Part shown: piece after piece, positions 1 to 64,000 of the stretch | How positions within the stretch are numbered: the first letter of the stretch is position 1 | How the letters are laid out: each line of letters opens with the position of its first letter | Origin: Eledone cirrhosa | Lineage: Eukaryota | Assembly: GCA_964016885.1 (NCBI GenBank) | Contig: OZ024741.1 | Coordinates: 272,924,001 to 272,988,000, forward strand | Reading direction: 5' to 3' | DNA length: 64,000 nt | The notes under the pieces: model-generated | The model's input: the letters and a program-made list of their open reading frames with translations, nothing else | Database searches by the model: none | Told to the model about the DNA's origin: nothing | Made by a program: the position numbers and the translations under genes

Positions 1-34
1 GTTTTGTTGCAGAGTATTCTATTTGGTGGTGAGA

Positions 35-860
35 TAACAACACCAACAACACCAACAACACCAACAACAACAACAACACCAACAACACCAACAGCAGCAA
101 CAACAGCAGCAACAACAGCAACAGCTGCAACAACAACAACAACAACACTAACAACACCAACAACACCAACAGCAGCAACAACAGCAGCAACAACAGCAAC
201 AGCTGCAACAACAACAACAACAACAACAACACCAACAACACCAACAACACCAACAACAACAACAGCAACAGCAGCAACAACAGCAGCAACAACAGCAACA
301 GCTGCAACAACAACAACAACAGCAGCAACGGCAGCAACAGCTGCAACAACAACAACAACAACAACACCAACAGCAGCAACAGCTGTAACAACAACAACAA
401 CAACACCAACAACACCAACAACACCAACAGCAGCAACAACAGCAGCAACAAAAACAGCAAAAACAGCAACAACAACAGCAACACCAACAACAACAGCAAC
501 ACCAACAAGACCAACAGCAACAACAACAACAGCAACAACAACAACAGCAACAACAACAACAACAACAACACCAACAGCAACAGCAACAACAACAACAATT
601 TTTAAAACGACCACCACAACAACAACAGCATCATCAGCAACAACAAACATCAACAATTTTAATAACAAGGTAGAAATAGTGATATTTTAACAACATCAAC
701 AACAAAATCAACATCATCATCACCACAACAACAACAACAACAACAACAACAATTTTTAAACCACCACCACCACCACCACCACCACCACATCATCAACAAC
801 AACAACAAAACAACAGCAACAAACATGATGATTATTTCAATCACAACAACAACAACAGAC
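35..860. repeat. (CAA/CAG/CAC)n compound microsatellite
   Basis: Direct inspection. Confidence 0.95.
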
Positions 861-993
861 TTACAGCATACAGAAGATAACACTACTAGGCACCTTATCT
901 ACAATAGTAACAACAACACCAACAACATAATACTGCATGTGTCCAAGGTACACACGGCTATGCTCAGTAATGCTGTGGAAGAAATTGTAATAT

Positions 994-1125
994 AATTGTT
1001 TCTACTTTAGGCACAAGGCCAGCAATTACCCAGTACATTACTGGTACTTTATTTTATCGACCCCGCAAGGATGAAAGGCAAAGTCAACCTCGGCGGGATT
1101 TGAACTCAGACTGTAAAGGGACGTA
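994..1125 (-). mobile_element. SINE family 2 copy ((ATT)n tail)
   Basis: Reverse complement of 48614-48802. Confidence 0.85.
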
Positions 1126-1371
1126 AAAATTTGTAATATAATGATTTTAAATACAACTACAGAGTGAAAACTGTACTCCAGCATGACCACAGTCAAATGA
1201 CTGGACACAGTAAACCAAAACAAACAAAAAAGGTAAAAAGAATATAGACCCACATTGTAATATATACTAAGATACTACAACAATAACAGCAACAATAACA
1301 ATAATAATTATTGTTGTTGTCATTTATTCTGAACTTTGTAATATTTGAGAGGGGAAAACTATCTTTTTAGC

Positions 1372-1402
<31 letters not shown>

Positions 1403-1657
1403 CACACATATATGCATACATACATAGACACATATGCATACATATATACATACATATATATCTACATATATACAAATATAAACACACAAACTTACAAATA
1501 CATAAATACACATACATACATATATACATACATACATGTATACAAATATACATACATATATACATACATACATACATACACTTTACCTCTTATACAGAGT
1601 TGACTTTCTCTTGTTTATATATCAAACATATTTCAACACATGCACACACACACACAT

Positions 1658-1698
<41 letters not shown>

Positions 1699-1748
1699 CC
1701 ATCATCATCATCATTTGATATCCATCTGTTCTCCCTGTTAGCAAGAGT

Positions 1749-1816
<68 letters not shown>

Positions 1817-1909
1817 TATTAAGTTGTTAAACAATATTCAATGATTATGTCAAAGAATGAGTTTTGATTACATCTTAACCATTTAACATTTCAGGGTATG
1901 TCATGTATC

Positions 1910-1972
1910 ATTATATTTTGCCTGATGAGGACGTACTATCGTACATCCAAAATATGTATAATGAAATGTAAT
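1910..1972 (+). ncRNA. Decayed type I hammerhead ribozyme
   Basis: CTGATGA 1922-1928, stem II GGACGTAC/GTACATCC, AAAA in place of GAAA, TATGTA, TA, imperfect stem I. Confidence 0.55.
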
Positions 1973-2002
1973 TGATCAAAAGAACATCTATTTTATTAAT
2001 AC

Positions 2003-2085
<83 letters not shown>

Positions 2086-2180
2086 AATAATAATAGTAAT
2101 TGAAAAGAAGAAGAAGAAAAAGACCACCTCCAACAACAACAACAAGACTAAGGGGAAGTGTTAAAGGGATTCTGTCAGGG

Positions 2181-60111
<57,931 letters not shown>

Positions 60112-60240
60112 GTAAGGGGCCTTATTAATCTTTTATGGAGATGGGGGAGGGGGGGGTTGTCATAGTGATGATTGAAGGAGGAGAGACAGACACACTGATA
60201 ACAGATATAAGAATTTATAGCTGAAGTTGACCGAGAAAGG

Positions 60241-63200
60241 GAGGTAGAGTAGACTGTCTTGTCTAAGATATAGATCTGAGGTAGAGTGGTATGTCTTGTC
60301 TAAGATATAGATATGAGGTTGACTGAGGTAGAGTGGAGTGTCTTGTCTAAGATATAGATCTGAGGTAGAGTGGTATGTCTTGTCTAAGATATAGATCTGA
60401 GGTTGACTGAGGTAGATTGGTATGTCTTGTCTAAGATATAGATCTGAGGTTGACTGAGGTAGAGTGGAGTGTCTTGTCTAAGAATAGATCTGAGGTTGAC
60501 TGAGGTAGAGTGGTATGTCTTGTCTAAGATATAGATCTGAGGTTGACTGAGGTAGAGTGGTATGTCTTGTCTAAGATATAGATCTGAGGTAGAGTGGAGT
60601 GTCTTGTCTAAGATATAGATCTGAGGTTGACTGTGGTAGAGTGGAGTGTCTTGTCTAAGATATGGATCTGAGGTTGACTGAGGTAGAGTGGTATGTCTTG
60701 TCTAAGATATAGATCTGAGGTAGAGTGGCATGTCTTGTCTAAGATATAGATCTGAGGTTGACTGAGGTAGAGTGGTGTATCTTGTCTAAGATATAGATCT
60801 GAGGTAGAGTGGTATGTCTTGTCTGAGATATAGTTCTGAGGTTGACTGAGGTAGAGTGGAGTGTCTTGTCTGAGATATAGTTCTGAGGTTGACTGAGGTA
60901 GAGTGGAGTGTCTTGTCTGAGATTTAGATCTGAGGTTGACTGAGGTAGAGTGGAGTGTCTTGTCTAAGATATACATCTAAGATAGAGTAGAGTGTCTTGT
61001 CTAAGATATAGATTTGATGTAGAGTGGTATGTCTTGTCTAAGATATAGATCTGAGGTTGACTGTGGTAGAGTTATATGTCTTGTCTAAGATATAGATCTG
61101 AGGTTGACTGAGGTAGAGTGGAGTGTCTTGTCTAAGATATACATCTAAGATAGAGTAGAGTGTCTTGTCTAAGATATAGATTTGATGTAGAGTGGTATGT
61201 CTTGTCTAAGATATAGATCTGAGGTAGAGTGGTATGTCTTGTCTAAGATATAGATCTGAGGTTGACTGAGGTAGAGTGGAGTGTCTTGTCTAAGATATAG
61301 ATCTGAGGTAGACTGAGGTAGAGTGGAGTGTCTTGTCTAAGATATAGATCTGAGGTAGAGTGGAGTGTCTTGTCTAAGATATAGATCTGATGTAGAGTGG
61401 TATGTCATGTCTAAGATATAGATCTGAGGTTGACTGAGGTAGAGTGGAGTGTCTTGTCTAAGATATAGATCTGAGGTAGAGTAGAGTGTCTTGTCTAAGA
61501 TATAGATCTGAGGTAGAGTGGTATTTGTTTTTTAAGATATAGATCTGAGGTTGACTGAGGTAGAGTGGAGTGTCTTGTCTAAGATATAGATCTGAGGTAG
61601 AGTGGAGTGTCTTGTCTAAGATATAGATCTGAGGTAGAGTGGTATGTCTTGTCTAAGATATAGATCTGAGGTAGAGTGGAGTGTCTTGTCTAAGATATAG
61701 ATCTGAGGTAGAGTAGAGTGTCTTGTCTAAGATATAGATCTGAGATAGAGTGGTATGTCTTGTCTAAGATATAGATCTGAGGTAGAGTGGAGTGTCTTGT
61801 CTAAGATATAGATCTGAGGTAGAGTGGTATGTCTTGTCTAAGATATAGATCTGAGGTTGACTGAGGTAGAGTGGAGTGTCTTGTCTAAGATATAGATCTG
61901 AAGTTGACTGAGGTAGAGTAGAGTGTCTTGTCTGAGATATAGATCTGAGGTTGACTGAGGTAGAGTGGTATGTCTTGTCTAAGATATAGATCTGAGGTTG
62001 ACTGAGGTAGAGTGGAGTGTCTTGTCTAAGATATAGATCTGAGGTAGAGTGGTATGTCTTGTCTAAGATAGAGATCTGAGGTTGACTGAGGTAGAGTGGA
62101 GTGTCTTGTCTAAGATATAGATCTGAGGTAGAGTGTAGTGTCTTGTCTAAGATATAGATCTCAGGTAGAGTGGTATGTCTTGTCTAAGATATAGATCTGA
62201 GGTAGAGTGGTATGTCTTGTCTGAGATATAGATCTGAGGTTGACTGAGGTAGAGTGGAGTGTCTTGTCTAAGATATAGATCTAAGATAGAGTAGAGTGTC
62301 TTGTCTAAGATATAGATTTGATGTAGAGTGGTATGTCTTGTCTAAGATATAGATCTGAGGTTGACTGTGGTAGAGTTATATGTCTTGTCTAAGATATAGA
62401 TCTGAGGTTGACTGAGGTAGAGTGGAGTGTCTTGTCTAAGATATACATCTAAGATAGAGTAGAGTGTCTTGTCTAAGATATAGATTTGATGTAGAGTGGT
62501 ATGTCTTGTCTAAGATATAGATCTGAGGTAGAGTGGTATGTCTTGTCTAAGATATAGATCTGAGGTTGACTGAGGTAGAGTGGAGTGTCTTGTCTAAGAT
62601 ATAGATCTGAGGTAGACTGAGGTAGAGTGGAGTGTCTTGTCTAAGATATAGATCTGAGGTAGAGTGGAGTGTCTTGTCTAAGATATAGATCTGATGTAGA
62701 GTGGTATGTCATGTCTAAGATATAGATCTGAGGTTGACTGAGGTAGAGTGGAGTGTCTTGTCTAAGATATAAATCTGAGGTAGAGTAGAGTGTCTTGTCT
62801 AAGATATAGATCTGAGGTAGAGTGGTATTTGTTTTTTAAGATATAGATCTGAGGTTGACTGAGGTAGAGTGGAGTGTCTTGTCTAAGATATAGATCTGAG
62901 GTAGAGTGGAGTGTCTTGTCTAAGATATAGATCTGAGGTAGAGTGGTATGTCTTGTCTAAGATATAGATCTGAGGTAGAGTGGAGTGTCTTGTCTAAGAT
63001 ATAGATCTGAGGTAGAGTAGAGTGTCTTGTCTAAGATATAGATCTGAGATAGAGTGGTATGTCTTGTCTAAGATATAGATCTGAGGTAGAGTGGAGTGTC
63101 TTGTCTAAGATATAGATCTGAGGTAGAGTGGTATGTCTTGTCTAAGATATAGATCTGAGGTTGACTGAGGTAGAGTGGAGTGTCTTGTCTAAGATATAGA

Positions 63201-64000
63201 TCTGAAGTTGACTGAGGTAGAGTAGAGTGTCTTGTCTGAGATATAGATCTGAGGTTGACTGAGGTAGAGTGGTATGTCTTGTCTAAGATATAGATCTGAG
63301 GTTGACTGAGGTAGAGTGGAGTGTCTTGTCTAAGATATAGATCTGAGGTAGAGTGGTATGTCTTGTCTAAGATAGAGATCTGAGGTTGACTGAGGTAGAG
63401 TGGAGTGTCTTGTCTAAGATATAGATCTGAGGTAGAGTGTAGTGTCTTGTCTAAGATATAGATCTCAGGTAGAGTGGTATGTCTTGTCTAAGATATAGAT
63501 CTGAGGTAGAGTGGTATGTCTTGTCTGAGATATAGATCTGAGGTTGACTGAGGTAGAGTGGAGTGTCTTGTCTAAGATATAGATCTGAGGTTGACTGAGG
63601 TAGAGTGGAGTGTCTTGTCTAAGATATAGATTTGAGGTTGACAGAGGTAGAGTGGAGTGTCTTGTCTAAGATATAGATCTGAGGTTGACTGAGGTAGAGT
63701 GGAGTGTCTTGTCTAAGATATAGATCTGAGGTAGAGTGGAGTGTCTTGATTAAGATATAGATCTGAGGTTGACTGAGGTAGAGTGGAGTGTCTTGTCTAA
63801 GATATAGATCTGAGGTTGACTGAGGTAGAGTGGAGTGTCTTGTCTAAGATATAGATCTGAGGTAGAGTGGTATGTCTTGTCTAAGATATAGATCTGAGGT
63901 AGAGTTGTATGTCTCGTCTAAGATATAGATCTGAGGTTGACTGAGGTAGAGTGGAGTGTCTTGTCTAAGATATATATCTGAGGTTGACTGAGGTAGAGTA
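60241..64000. repeat. Satellite of 37/47-bp units, running to the window end
   Basis: Unit GAGGTAGAGTGGAGTGTCTTGTCTAAGATATAGATCT with optional GAGGTTGACT. Confidence 0.97.

Noticed and set aside
4-690. 228-aa Thr-rich mucin-like ORF
   Set aside because: Translation of (CAA/CAG)n microsatellite; no complex sequence or supporting splice context

Overview
AT-rich, microsatellite-dense eukaryotic DNA. The SINE/LINE content suggests a cephalopod (octopus-like); this is inference. One + strand host gene runs through the whole window. I could thread 13 coding exons (2181-60111, about 974 codons) with GT-AG boundaries and matching phases; the gene continues past the window end. Predicted architecture: MGCSPS myristoylation/palmitoylation-type N-terminus, then about 3 degenerate copies of an unrecognised ~100-aa domain, a malectin-like domain, and an FBA (Fbs1-type glycan-binding) domain with no visible F-box. 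The introns are filled with transposons: at least three RTE LINE families (two with a PHD-like finger inside the RT), R4/Dong and Tx1/L1 LINE remnants, a Penelope-like element, two tRNA-derived SINE families, a DD37D (maT) Tc1/mariner, hAT, piggyBac-like and Helitron non-autonomous elements, decayed hammerhead ribozymes, long hairpins and satellites. Most long low-complexity ORFs are microsatellite artefacts. Repeat boundaries are read by eye and are approximate unless a TIR or TSD is quoted.
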